Assembly: GCA_965112735.1 (NCBI GenBank)
Contig: OZ218960.1
Span: 930,001-994,000, forward strand
Source of the DNA: Phaeosaccion multiseriatum
Taxonomy: Eukaryota > Protista > Ochrophyta, other classes
Length of the DNA: 64,000 bases
Reading direction: 5' to 3'
The notes under the pieces were generated by a model that made no database searches, was not told the origin of the DNA, and saw only the letters and a list, made by a program, of their open reading frames with translations. Below, piece after piece: positions 1-12,683 of this stretch. Each line of letters opens with the position of its first letter. The stretch's first letter is position 1. A program made the translations under genes and the position numbers.

Positions 1-541
1 AGCAGAGCACAGGGAAGCTTCGGAAGAGGGATGAGAAGATGGTGGGGGAGAAAGGCGGGGAGCGAGGAGGAGAGGAGGGCAGAGCAGAGCAGAGAAGAGG
101 AGACTAGACAAAGAGGAAGGGGACTGAAGAGGAAAGCACATCCCGTCCTTCCCTTACATGGCGGCCCCTCTCCTAAAGTCGCGGTACGCTCCGAGGCAGA
201 TCCAGCGCAGAGTGGCAATGTAGAGAGAGGCGTCACTTCAGAGCGGCAAGGTGGAGAGAGGGGGACAAAGGTGGGTTGGTTGGTTGGGCTCGAGTGCCGT
301 CGTCTGTTGTTTTTTCTACGCAGTCCGATTGATCCCTGGCCACACAGGTAAGCGCGTTGGTCATACGAAAGACGCGAATCTTGGCGCTGGGAGCGGGAGG
401 CCGCAGCCAAAACAAAAACACCACCGTACAACTGCTCGCTCCTTGACCTGCTTGGACCGCTGGCTCCCTCAGATTTAGTGTGATGGGGATAGGACGAACC
501 TGGCGTTGAAAGGGGTCGGCTGAGGGCTACGTCGACCGAGA

Positions 542-1519
542 ATGGAGGCCTTGGAGACACGAGGAGCGGCGGGCGCCACAATCAATGCATCAATGCTGCG
601 GTGGCCTGCTCTTCTTCTCGGAGTGAGCCAGGCCCTACTTCTACTTCCCGGCCTTTCCACCATCGTTGCTGGTACTACAGCAGCAGCAGCAGCAGCAGCG
701 ACAGGAGGAGGAGATAGACACCACATGTTGCACCCTCCCTCGGGATGTTCACTGAGAAGACAGAGGTCCCTGGCATTCTCCCCATCTTGCCAAAGCCACT
801 CTGGTCATTATGCTGTCCACGCAATACCTCCCTGGAATCGGGCCTTAGGGATTGGAAGCAGCTGGAGCTGTAGCACCAGCAGCCCCACAACAGCAAAAAG
901 GGGGGGGAGGAGAGGGGGGAGCGGCAGCATAGCGATGAGTACTCGGGAGCACGGCGCCTCAGATGGTGCACCCTCTCCCTTGGAGGAGGACATCTACCAC
1001 GGCCTCAACTCCGCGCAGTACCGCGCGGTGTCCGCCCCTGTGGGGCCCCTGCGGGTGGTGGCTGGACCGGGCAGTGGCAAGACACGCGTGCTGACGAAGG
1101 TGGGCACATGTGCTGGGGTGTGTGTGTCTATCCGTGTGTGCGCATGTGCCTCTGTATATGTGAGAGGTAGAGAGGGAGAACGAGGCAGATGGAGAGGCAG
1201 ACACCGAGAGAAGGGGGGGTATACACACACAGAGAGAGAACGGATGAACGAGAGAGAGAGAGAGAGAGAGAGAAGAACAAGAAGAAGAAGCCGAGCTCTG
1301 CACGTGTGGCTCCAGTGTAGACTCAGAAGATCCTCCGTCCGCCCCCACTCGGCCCTCTCTGTGCTTCCCCTCTCTCCCCTTACAGCGCATTGCCCACCTC
1401 ATTCGTAAGGAGGCGTCCCCGCCATGGTCAGTCCTCGCAGTGACCTTCACCAACAAGGCAGCTGCTGAGATGAAAGAGCGGCTTGAGGTCATGCTGGGCG
1501 AAGGTGAGTGTGAGAGGGT

Positions 1520-1557
<38 letters not shown>

Positions 1558-4500
1558 GAGTGCAGAGAGGAGAGAGAGACGAGAGAGAGAGAGGAGAGAG
1601 GGGAGTGCAAAGAGAAGGGAGAGGGGAGAGAGAGGAGGGGGAGCCCTTCGGAGCATTTTAACTTTGGCTGCTGCAGTTGCAAGGATGAGTGTATTGCCCT
1701 TCCGTCTTTGGGTCTTCACATTCTTCAGTGAGATGTTCGGCGATGTATTCCTCTTCTCTTCGTCTTCTCCCCTCACCCTCACCCTCACCCTCACCCTCAT
1801 CCCAAAAGACGAAACGAAGCGCGTGAGTGTGGGAACGTTCCACAGCATGTGCGCTCGTCTTTTGCGAAAGTTCGGAGAAGAACTCGCGCTGATGAGGCCC
1901 GGTCTGTCTGGAGCCTTCACCATCTACGACACAAAGGACACCAAGAAGGTTATTCAGGACCTCCTCAAGCAGGTACGTAAGGGTATGTAAGGAACGGGAC
2001 ACATACGTTAGTAGGTGGAGGAAAGCATGGGTGGGGGCGTGCATGGGGCTGTTGGTGCGGAAGGAAGGAAGGAAGGATGTAAAGGAAGTAAGGAAGTGAT
2101 TTAGGTGTCTCTGTGTGCTTCTACCCCAGTCCCTCGCTCGCTCCTTTTCAGGAAGAAAGGCCTCCCTCCTCTCCCTCCTCTCCCTCCTCTCCCTCCTCTC
2201 CCTCCTCTCCCTCCCCTCCCTCCTCTCCATCCCCTCCTCTCCCTCCCCTCCCTCCTCTCCCTCCCCTCCCCTTCCCTCCCGTCCCTCCGCTTCCCAGCTG
2301 AATTCTGATGTAGAGCCGGCTGCGGTGCTCAAAGATATTAGCAAGCTCAAGAGCAAGGGCCTGTTGCCAGAGGATCTCGATCGTCACTTCGGCAGCAGCA
2401 CCAGCGGGGCGGAGGGGCAGGAGGAGGGGCCAAACTACATCGTTCAGGAGGTGCAGTGCGCATTGCTCAGTTAGTAGCAGTGCCAGTGAGTGTTGATGTG
2501 GGTGTGGGTGTGAGCTCTGGACCCGCGTTCAGCAGGGAGGCAGGCAGGCTGGCAGTGAGCCGGACAGCAGTGGCCGTGTGGACTGTGAGTTATGGGCTGT
2601 CAGCAGGGCGGGGGCGGGGCTGGCGGACAGCTGGCTCACTGCCGCACTGCCTCCCTCCCTCCCTCCCTCCGTCCCTCCCTCCCTCCCTCCCTCCCTCCGT
2701 CCGTCCCTCCGCCCCTCCCTTCCTCCCTCCTTCCCTCCCGTCCCCTCCCTCCCTCCCTCCCTCAGCTGTACCCTCTATACCAGACGAACCTCACCCGCAG
2801 CAACGCCATTGACTTCGACGATCTCATCCTCCTCAGCGGCTCACTCCTCACCAAGAACAAGGCCGTGCTCGATGCTGCTGCCTCCACGTGGAGGCACATC
2901 CTTGTGGACGAGTGGCAGGACACCAACGGGCCGCAGTACGATCTTATCAAGGTTGGGGTGTGTGTATCCATGCGTATATATATAGGGGGCCTCCCCTCCG
3001 TCCCTCCCTCCTCCCCTCCCTCGCCTCAAACATATTCTCTCATGCCTCCCGAGGGAAGGCGCCTCCCCACTCCTACTCACCCGCCCCTCAACACGAACAC
3101 TCATCCCCTCTCTCCCTCCCTCCGTCCCTCCGTCCCTCCCTCCGTCCCTCCCTCCGTCCCTCCCTCCGTCCCTCCCTCCGTCCCTCCCTCCGTCCCTCCC
3201 TCCCTCCCTCCCTCCCTTCCTTCCTCCCTCCCTCCCCCCCTCCCTTCCTTCCTCCCTCCCTCCCTCCCTCCTCCCTCCCTGCCTCCCTCCCTCCCTGCGT
3301 GCCTGCCCATCTACCTACCTACCTACCTACCTACCTACAGCTGTTGGTCACGGCCAGTCACAGCCGCGCCCGTGCCCACTATGACGAGCAGCACAGAGAC
3401 GCTCTCACTGCCCCACTGCACGCCCCCCCCCGGCCCAGCGTGTTTGTGGTGGGGGATGCCGATCAAAGCATTTATGCATTCCGTGGGGCCAACTATCAGA
3501 ATCTGCAAAAGTTCTCGGAAGACTTTCCAGACACGTGAGTAGAGGAGTACGGTTTCACGCTCTCATTTTCCTCTCTTGCCTCTCTTTACTGTCATCTCGC
3601 CCCCCTCTGTCTCTCTCTCTCTCCTTCACCTCTTTTTGCTTAGTTCCCAGTTGCCAGTTCCAGTGCCATGACCATCAGTCTCAGTTTGTTGACCTTGATT
3701 TCCCCTCCCTCCCCTCCCCTACACACACCTACCGTTGTTCTCAGCTGATTCCTTTAAGTCAATGAATGTCCCCTCCCCTCCCCTCCTCTCCCTCCCCATA
3801 CGCCTCTAGAGCGAGCATCTTCCTGGAGGAGAACTACCGTAGTACATCCACCATCACTCAGGTACGAGACAAATCGAAATTCTCCTTCCCTTCAGTTCAG
3901 TTTCAGCTCATTTCAGTTTCAGTCCAACCCTCCCCTCTTCAGTTGGGTACTTACTGTACTTATACCATTGTTCAGACCATCATGGATAAGGTATAAACTG
4001 CACCTGCAACTGCAACTGCAACTGCAACTGCAACTCTCCTCCCTCCCTCCCGCCCCCCAGGCGGCGTCTGCGGTGATCAGAAAGGTGTTGGATCGGGAGC
4101 CCAAGAAGCTCATCGCCATGCAGGGCAAGGGGGTCCCCATCCAAGCACAGAGATACTTTAATGCGGAGCAGGAGGCGAGGGTGCGTGTGTGCGTGTGTGT
4201 ATGTGTGCGTGTGTGCGTGTGTGTGTACGTGAGTGTGTGTGCGTGTGTGCGTGCGTGCGTATGACTTCCGTGAGCAGAGCCTTTTGCCTCCCCCCGTCCT
4301 CTGCTCGCTAGCCTCTACCCCTCTCACCCTCTGTCTTCTGCCCTCTGCCCACTCACTCACTCTCTCTCCCACTCAATCACTCACTCAGTGACTCTCTCAC
4401 TAACTCTCTCACTCCCTCACTCACTCTCTCACTCTCTCACACACCCTCTCACTCTCTCACACACCCTCTCACTCACTCACTCACTCACCCACTTACTCTC

Positions 4501-5217
4501 TCACTTACTCACTCACTCACTAACTCTCTCACTCACTCACTCACTCACTCTCTCACTCACTCACTCACCCACTTACTCTCTCACTCACTCTCTCTCATTC
4601 ACTCACTCCCTCACCCGCTCACTCACTCTCACTCACTCATTCACTCACTCTCTCACTCACTCACTGACTCACCCACTCACTCACTCGCTCACTCCCCCAC
4701 TCTCTCACTCAATTTCTTCACCCCTCACTCACTCTCTCACTCACTCACTCACTCACTCTCTTCCTCACCCCCTCCTCAGAGTGTGTCTCAGCGAGCCTGT
4801 AAGTTGTGGACGTCGGGAGAGGCCCCGCTCAAGGAGATTGCAGTAATGTATCGCACCAACGCACAGGTCAGTCAGGCCAGGTCAGGCCAGGCCAGGCCAG
4901 GGGCCGTGTGTTATGTGTTATGTTACGTGAGGGTCTTATGTTGGGGTTCAGGGTGCGTACATAAGGGTCTTACGTACGGGGTCAAGGGTCGCATGTTACG
5001 TAAGTTATAAGGACTTCATCGGATGAGGAAGGAAGAGGAGGGAAGAGGGAAGAAGGTGGATCGGCCTATCGGAGAAACCCCACATGTCACCACGTGTGAC
5101 CTCAACACACATCACCTCACCTTCCTCACTCACGCACGAACACTCACATGCACACACGCACAACACACACACAAACACACACACACAAACACACCCACAC
5201 ACACACACACACACACA

Positions 5218-5253
<36 letters not shown>

Positions 5254-7731
5254 CATACACACACGCACACAACACCCACACACAGAGTCGAGCGATGGAG
5301 GAGGCCTTCCTGCGTGAAGGTGTGCCCTTCAAAGTGGTGGGGGCGCTGCGATTCTTCGACAGAGCGGAGGTGCAGGACTGCATGGCCTACCTCAGGTGGG
5401 AGATGGCAGTGGATGGCAGTGGATGGGTGGGGAGGGAGGGCAGTGAAGGTGCAGGACTGTATGGCCCTCGATACCTCAGGTGGAGGATGGCAGTGGATGG
5501 GGGGTGGGGTAGGTGACGACGGGAGGTGGCCGTGGGTCGGGGAGAAGAGGAGGAGGAGGGAGTACGTCTCTTTCCCTACGAGACGTCTCTCTCCTTACGC
5601 ACCATCTATCTATGCATTACGTGACGCTTACGTACGCCCCACCACCCCTCCCTCCCCATCCACTGCCATCCCCCTAAGACTCGTGGCCAACCCCAGCGAC
5701 GCGGTGGCCCTACGCCGGGCCATCAACTGCCCTCCCCGAGGCATTGGAAAGAGCACGCTCGATCGTCTGCTGGGCCTCGCAGGGGAGGAGCACGTCGACA
5801 GGTGATACTATGCCCATATGCCTCTGACTGTGCTTCTATTACGTCTGCTCTGCTCTGCTCTGCCTTTATGTCTCTCCTCTGCTCTGCTCTGAGAATACAT
5901 GCTCTTTGGCTCCTGCTCTACCCGTATGCCTCTTCTCTACTCTTCCTTCCTCTTATTTACTCTTATTTACTCTTACATCTCCCCCCTTGCGTAACGACAG
6001 GGGCAGTCCGGCGGAGCACCTTCTTGCCCTGCTCGAGGAGGAGGAACTTTCCTCACTCGAGGCCCTTATCAAGGCCGAGGCCACAGCAGTTGGCGATACA
6101 GGCACAGTCACAGATGGCGACGATGGAGACGACATGGGCTTCTCCGAGCCAGAGAAGGTCCGTCACGTGTGGCGTGTGCGGCATGGTTGGCGTAGATGGG
6201 TGTGAGGATGGAGACTCATGTGCGGCATGGTTGGCGTAGATGGGTGTGAGGAAGGGGACTCATCTCCTTTCATCACGCCCCCCCCCCCCCCACGCCCGCG
6301 GCACCGCCGCCGCCTGCCTGTCTCCTGCCTGCCTGTCTGCCTGTCTGCCTACCTGCCTGCCTGCCCGCCTACTTGCCTACCTCCCTGCCTGCTTGCCCAT
6401 ACACATACACATTTACCTTCCCTTACACCTGCCAATGTACCTGCCCACGTGCCTGCCCATATGCCTGCCCATATGCCTCCCGACCTCCCCAGCCGCAGCC
6501 TCTCAGTTGGCCGTCCTGCTCCTTCGAACGCGTGAGACAACTCCGCCCGGTAGTAGCCTCTGGCCTCACCAAGGCTCAGCAGAAGCGCCTGACCGTGTTC
6601 GCTCAGCTGCTTGCAAGCATGCGAACTGCTGCCTCCGAGCTGGAGGTGGAGCCGCTCATGAAGGCCATTCTGAAAGAGGTGAGAGAGGAAGTGCGGGAGG
6701 GGAGGGAGGGAGGGCAAGGAGAGGGGGAGGAGAGGGGGAGAGAGGGCGAGAGGGAGAGCACGAGGAGAGAAGGAGAGAATCGCGTGGTGAATCAGAGGAG
6801 ACGGAAATAATCAGAGGGGGCACGCGGTGATTAGCGGTCTGGAGTCCTCCTCCTCCTCCTCCTCCTCCTCCTCCTCCTCCTCCTCCTCCTCCTCCTCCTC
6901 CTCCTCCTCCTCCTCCTCCTCCTCCTCCTCCTCCTCTTCCTCCTCCTCCTCCACCTCCTCCTCCTCCTCCTCCTCCTCCTCTGATGTGTGTCGTTGCCCT
7001 TTGATGTCCATCCTGTCCATCTACTACCATCACATATTCTGTCCTCTTCATCCACTGCCATCCCTTATCCTATCCTGTCCTGTCCATCCACTGCCATCCA
7101 TTGCCATCCCTTATCCTATCCTGTCCTGTCCTGTCCTGTCCTGTCCTTCCACTGCCATCCCCTGTCCCATGCGCCATGTACATGTCCTGCTGTCGTTACA
7201 GACTGAGATGCGAGAGCACGTGAGCAAGCAGCGCAAGTCCACCCCCTCCGGCTCCGGTGACGGCTTGGACCGATGGGCAAACATCGAGGAGCTGCTCCGG
7301 AGCTGTGCCAAGTGAGTGAGGATGGCAATGGACGGATGCTCTGGGGATGGCAGTGGATGCTTCTCTGCGGCTCATTTCTCTCCCTTTCTGTCTCCCCTCC
7401 TTCCCTCCCTCCCTCCCTCCCTGCCTCCCTCCCTCCCTCCCTCCCAAGATACTCCAACATGACGTCTGCAGAGGGAGGCTTGCACCGTTTCATGACCGAA
7501 GTGGCTCTCATGTCCGGAGAGATGGAGCAGAGTGGCGAGGAGGTGAGGGAGGGAGAAGGGGGAGGAAGGAAGGAAGGAAGCGAGGGTTTCCGACTCGAGG
7601 AGCACGTGCGGGTGGGGTTCATGCCCCACGGCCCCTCTCTCTCTCTCTCTGTGTGTCTCTCTCTCTGTCTCTCTCTCTCTCTCTCTTTCTTTCTCTCTCT
7701 CTTTCTCTCCCTCTTTCTCTCCCTCTTTCTC

Positions 7732-7783
<52 letters not shown>

Positions 7784-10564
7784 GCTCGCTCGCTCTCGGT
7801 CTCCGCCTCCTCTCCCTTTTTCTCTCTGTCACTCTCTCGCTCTCTATTTCTCTATTTTGTCTTGTTGTTGTTGTCTCTCCCCCTCTCTCTCTGTCGCTCT
7901 CTCTATCCACTGCAAACCCTCTCCCTGGCGCCATTCCTCTCCCCTTTCTGCCCCACCTGCTCATACGAGGCCTGCCTACCCTTGTACCCCTCCTCCCCTT
8001 CCTCCTGTCCTCACTCCCCTCATTTGGACAGGACGGGGCTGTGAACCTCATGACCCTTCACAGCTCCAAAGGTCTCGAGTTCGAGGCGGTGTTCCTCGCT
8101 GGGCTGGAGGAAGGTACACTTCCCATGACCCACAGAGGGGGCAAGAAGAAGGTGGGTAGGTGGGTGGGGAGTATGTTACATGGGTGGGTGGACAGTAAGT
8201 CAATGGGTGCGTGGGTGGGTGGGTGGGTGAAGCTCAGGTGGGGGCTATGACAGATCGGGAGAGAGTGAGAGAGGAGGGAGAGAGAGAGAGAGAAAAAGGT
8301 CTGAACCAACGTCTCTTCACCCCCCACCCCCACCCGCCCCCCCTATAACAACAGGTGGAGCCAGGATGGGAGAGCCCCGAGGAGCTGAGGCAGAAGCAGG
8401 AGGAGGATGCTCAAGTGGAGGAGGAGCGTCGACTCATGTACGTAGGGCTGACGAGGGCCAAGAAGCGGCTCTTCTTGTCATGGAGGGAGAACAAATTGGT
8501 AAGTTTGGGGCTGGGGTGCGGGGTTGGGTGGTAGAGAGGGTAAGGTTGGGTAGGGTAGGATAGGATAAAGTAGGGCAGGGTAGGGTAGGGTGGGGTAGGG
8601 TAGGGTAGGGTAGGGTAGGGTAGGGTAGGGTAGGGTAGGGTAGGGTAGGGTAGGGTAGGGTAGGATAGAGTAGGGTAGGGTAGGGTAGGGTAGGGTAGGG
8701 AAGGGTAGGGTAGGGTAGGGTGGGGTAGGGTAGGGTAGGGTAGGGTAGGGAAGGGTAGGGTAGGGTAGGGAAGGGTAGGAAAGGGTAGGGTAGGGAAGGA
8801 TAGGATAGGATGGGTAGAGTAGGGTAGGATAGGGTAGGGTGGGGTAGGGGTGGGGCAAGGTAATCCAAATCGCCTTAATTCTATACGCCTCCATATCATA
8901 TCTCTCCTGTATTCCTCGAAATGTCCTCTATATGCCTCTTATCTCATCCTGTGTGCCTCCTCAAACAACTTCAAGGTGTTCCCGAAGGACGGAGGCCCAA
9001 GCGTGGAGATTAACCCTGACCCGAGCCGCTTCCTCAGAGACCTTCCCCTGCACCTGCTAGAAGGACACGGACGGGCAGACATCGCCAGCAGCAGCAGCAG
9101 CAGCAGTGGTGAGGACTCTTCCTTCTCATCGAGGGGCAGGGCAAGAGGTGAGAGAGATTGAAGGGAGGGGGGGGGGAGGGAGGGGAAGGGTAGAGGGGAA
9201 GGCAGTGGATGGCAGGGAAGGGAAGGGGAGAAGAGGGGAGGAGAGCTTCTTGTCGCTGCTTGTAAGGGGGTATGTTGTGATATTGGTGGTTGTGGTGTTG
9301 CTACTGCTTCTGCTACTGCCTTGTTTGTGAGCATTGCCCCCCTCTCTCTAATACCTTCAATTCTGAACCCCTCCCCTGCCATCCCCTGCCATCCACTGCC
9401 ATCCACTGCCATGGAAGCAGGGCGGAGCTCGTTCAGCAACGAAGTCCCTTACTGGCAGCAGCAGCAGCAGCGGCGCAAGCAGCAGCAGCAGCAGCAACAG
9501 CAGCAGCGATCGGAGCAGATGCGGCAACGGAAACACAAGCAACCCGTCCTCTCGGAGGCGGAGAAGAGGAGGTGAGGGGAGAGTGTCGTTCGTGACGTTG
9601 TTTTGCCATACGTTGGTGGTCGCATCACCAACTGGCGAAGAACCGCTCGCCGCACATGCCCTTGCAGGCCAAAAGACCTCTCCCCCCCCGCCTTGTGGAT
9701 GGCAGTGGATGGCCCAGCCTTGGGTGATGCGCAATGAAGCCCTGCCCCATCTCTGTGGCATCCATCTCGCGCGCTCTCTCTCCCTCCCTCTCTCCCTCCC
9801 TCTCTCCCTCCCTCTCTCCCTCCATCCCTCCCTCTCTCTCTCCTTCCCTCCCTCTCTCCCTCCCTCCCTCGTCCCTCCCTCCCTCTCTCTCTCCATCCCT
9901 CCCTCCCTCCCTCCCTCCTTCTCTCCCACTGTCCCTCCCTCCCTCTCTCCTTCCCTCCCTCTGTCCCTCCCTCCCTTTCTCCCTCCCTCCCTTTCTCCCT
10001 CCCTCCCTCCCTCTCTCCCTCTGGCCTCTCTTCAGTGAGAGACTAGTGACCCCTGCCCCGCCCCTCTCCTTACCCTGCCACTCGACCCTCCTTCCCTCTC
10101 CGCGACTCTGTCCTCTCCCATGTGCTTCCCGCATGCTCTCTGCCTGTCCTGACACCCCCTTCCCTGGGTCCTGACCCCCCCCCCCCCCTCCTCCACAGAG
10201 CGGAGCTATCAACGACGAAGAGGGGTAGAGAGATTCTTGCCCGCCTAGAGGAGCACGAGGAGGCACACAAACAGGAAGGGCAACAGTTGGTGGTACAGCA
10301 GCAGCAGCCGCCGCAGCCGAAAACTCAGCAAGAGAAGGAAAAGGATCTGTATAGGCAACGGCTGGCCAAGCAACGGGCGGAGCAGCAGCAGGAGGAGAAG
10401 CGAGAGAAGCAGCGGCAGCAGTTAGTGATACAGCAGCAGGAGCAGCGGCAACAGCAGCAGCAGCAGCAGCAGGAGGAGGAGGAGGAGCGTGTCCGATTGG
10501 AGGAACAACAACAACATCTACAAATACAACATCAACAACAACAGCAACAACAACGACGACGACG

Positions 10565-10597
<33 letters not shown>

Positions 10598-10890
10598 GCA
10601 ACAACAACAACAGCAGCAGCAACACGCCCCGGACTCTGCAGAGGAGCCACCGAGAGACGAGCCCAGCTTAGCAGCGGCAGCAGTTGGTGATACAGCCATA
10701 GGGGCCCTTGCTGCTTCTTCGCGGCTGCGATCAAGGCGAGCACTGAGCCGAGTGCCCGGGGGGGGCTTGCCCGTCGCCTTGCCCGAGGAGGGGGAGTGGA
10801 GCGTTTCCTTTCCGCTGGACGAGCGCGAGCACGAGGACCTTCAAGGAGCGGTGGGCCTCGGTCATAGCCTTGACCTTGGCGGGCAGGAGG

Positions 10891-10926
<36 letters not shown>

Positions 10927-12336
10927 AATCATCAGCTGCTGTATCACCAACTGTTGTTCGTACTGCTACTGTATCACCAACTGTTGTTGGTGCTGCTGCT
11001 CCTGTGGTGGACCCTCGAGCACGCCTGCCTGAAGCGGCAGGGGCAGGGGAGAGGCAAGCAGGGGAAGGCACAGGGACCCCGGGTGGTCGTGTAGGACCTT
11101 CCTCCCCCTCCTCTGTGGCTGCCTCCAACGCTGCCCATACGACTGCCGATGGCCCCGGTGTGGCCCCTCGGGGCACTCCGGCGGGCCCGCCAGAGCAGCG
11201 GGAACCTTTGCAGAATGGGCCCGTACCCTTCCAAATCTCTTCCTCTTCTCGCGGCGCTTCTCGCCCGGGGGGGGCGCCCTCTGTCCAGGCCAGCAGCAGC
11301 CGTCACATGGGCAGTCATATGGGCAGTCATATGGGCAGCAGTAGCAGTACTTTGGGAAGCACTCGTATGGGGAGCAGGAATTTAACGGCGAGCAAGGTGG
11401 CTGGGAATGAGGACTGGCGGAAACGGATCCCTCCGTTTCTTGCCGGAGGTGAGTGAGTGAGTGAGGGAGTGAGTGAGTGAGTGAGTGAGGGAGGGAGTGA
11501 GTGCGTGAGTGAGTGAGTGAGGGAGGGAGGGAGTGAGTGAGTGAAGCCTTGGAGAGGTCTTGGATGATGAGTCTTTTGTGTTTATTTTTTCTCGTTCGGA
11601 TTTCATTTCGTTGGGCCCTATTTGTTGTGTCTCAAGCAGCTCGGATCGGAAAACACTTCTGTACATGTTTGGAGGTTGCTCTTGCTCATCGCTCTCTTCA
11701 TCTCCCCCTCCTCCTCCCCTATCCCCTGCGTACTTACCCGCGTATATGCCTCCCTCCCTGCCTGCCCTGCCTCCCTCCCTCCCTCCCTCCCTCCCTCCCT
11801 CCTTCCTTCCTTCCTGCCTTCCTTCCTTCCTTCCTTCCCCTCCCACAGGCAAGCGTGTATTACATTCTGTGCACGGCAAGGGCATTGTCGTCGGACACTC
11901 CCCTCCTCGGGCCCTGCGAAACGGTCACTCGGCCAACAGGTGAGGAGAGATGGCAGCGGAAGGAGGAGAGATGGTAGCGGAGTGGGGGGGAGGGAGGGTT
12001 GAGCTGAAGGATGTGTCCGTTTGCTCTTGCCCTCCATTTGCTGCCATCTGCATGTGTGCTGTCTGCCTTTGTCAACCCTCTGCCCCTCCGACCCCTCTCC
12101 TCTTACTCCTCCTCTACACTGCCATCCACTGCCATCCACTGCCATCCACCATCCACCCACCATCCACCTTCCATCCACTGCCATGAATCAGGCGGTCAAT
12201 GGTCAACATCCGAGAGAAGGAGGCAGTGGCCGAGGAGCCTGTGGTGCGTGTGCAGTTCGGTGTGCCCCCCGGGGATTACGTCATCTTGCTTCCTGCGCAC
12301 TCCGGAAAACTTCTTCAAGGCCCGCCCGACCCGTGA
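542..12336 (+). CDS. uvrD: UvrD/PcrA-family (SF1A) DNA helicase, multi-exon, with a polyQ/low-complexity linker and C-terminal Tudor-like domain
   Basis: Spliced exons give the family motifs in order: [24 protein letters not shown] (Q motif/Walker A), [161 protein letters not shown]. These are followed by [23 protein letters not shown] and a TGA at 12334-12336. The start Met (542 vs 593) is uncertain. Confidence 0.93.
8571..8850 (+). repeat. (TAGGG)n pentanucleotide satellite in a helicase intron
   Basis: About 280 bp of slightly degenerate TAGGG units, directly visible. Confidence 0.95.
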
Positions 12337-12683
12337 CAGACTGACAGACGCACCCTGACCAGACACCAGGCACTGGCATTCGCATATGTAGTCGTGGAAA
12401 TCCTTGAATTTATGGCCTGACCTGACACCTGGCACTGCATTCGCTGACATGCGACCTGACACCCGGCACTATATTCACTTGATGACACCTGATAACGATG
12501 GTGGTGGGGCTCCACTGTGCATGTACATAAGATCATACATAAGATTAGCATAAAATGAAAATCGATATATGTCCAATCGATGTCAATCATCCACTTCATC
12601 TCTGACAAAATTGAAGTCTTCCCCGCCGCCGGAGGAGTGTCTCTATACACTGGGCAACGCCAAGGGGTTGTATAATATGACAT

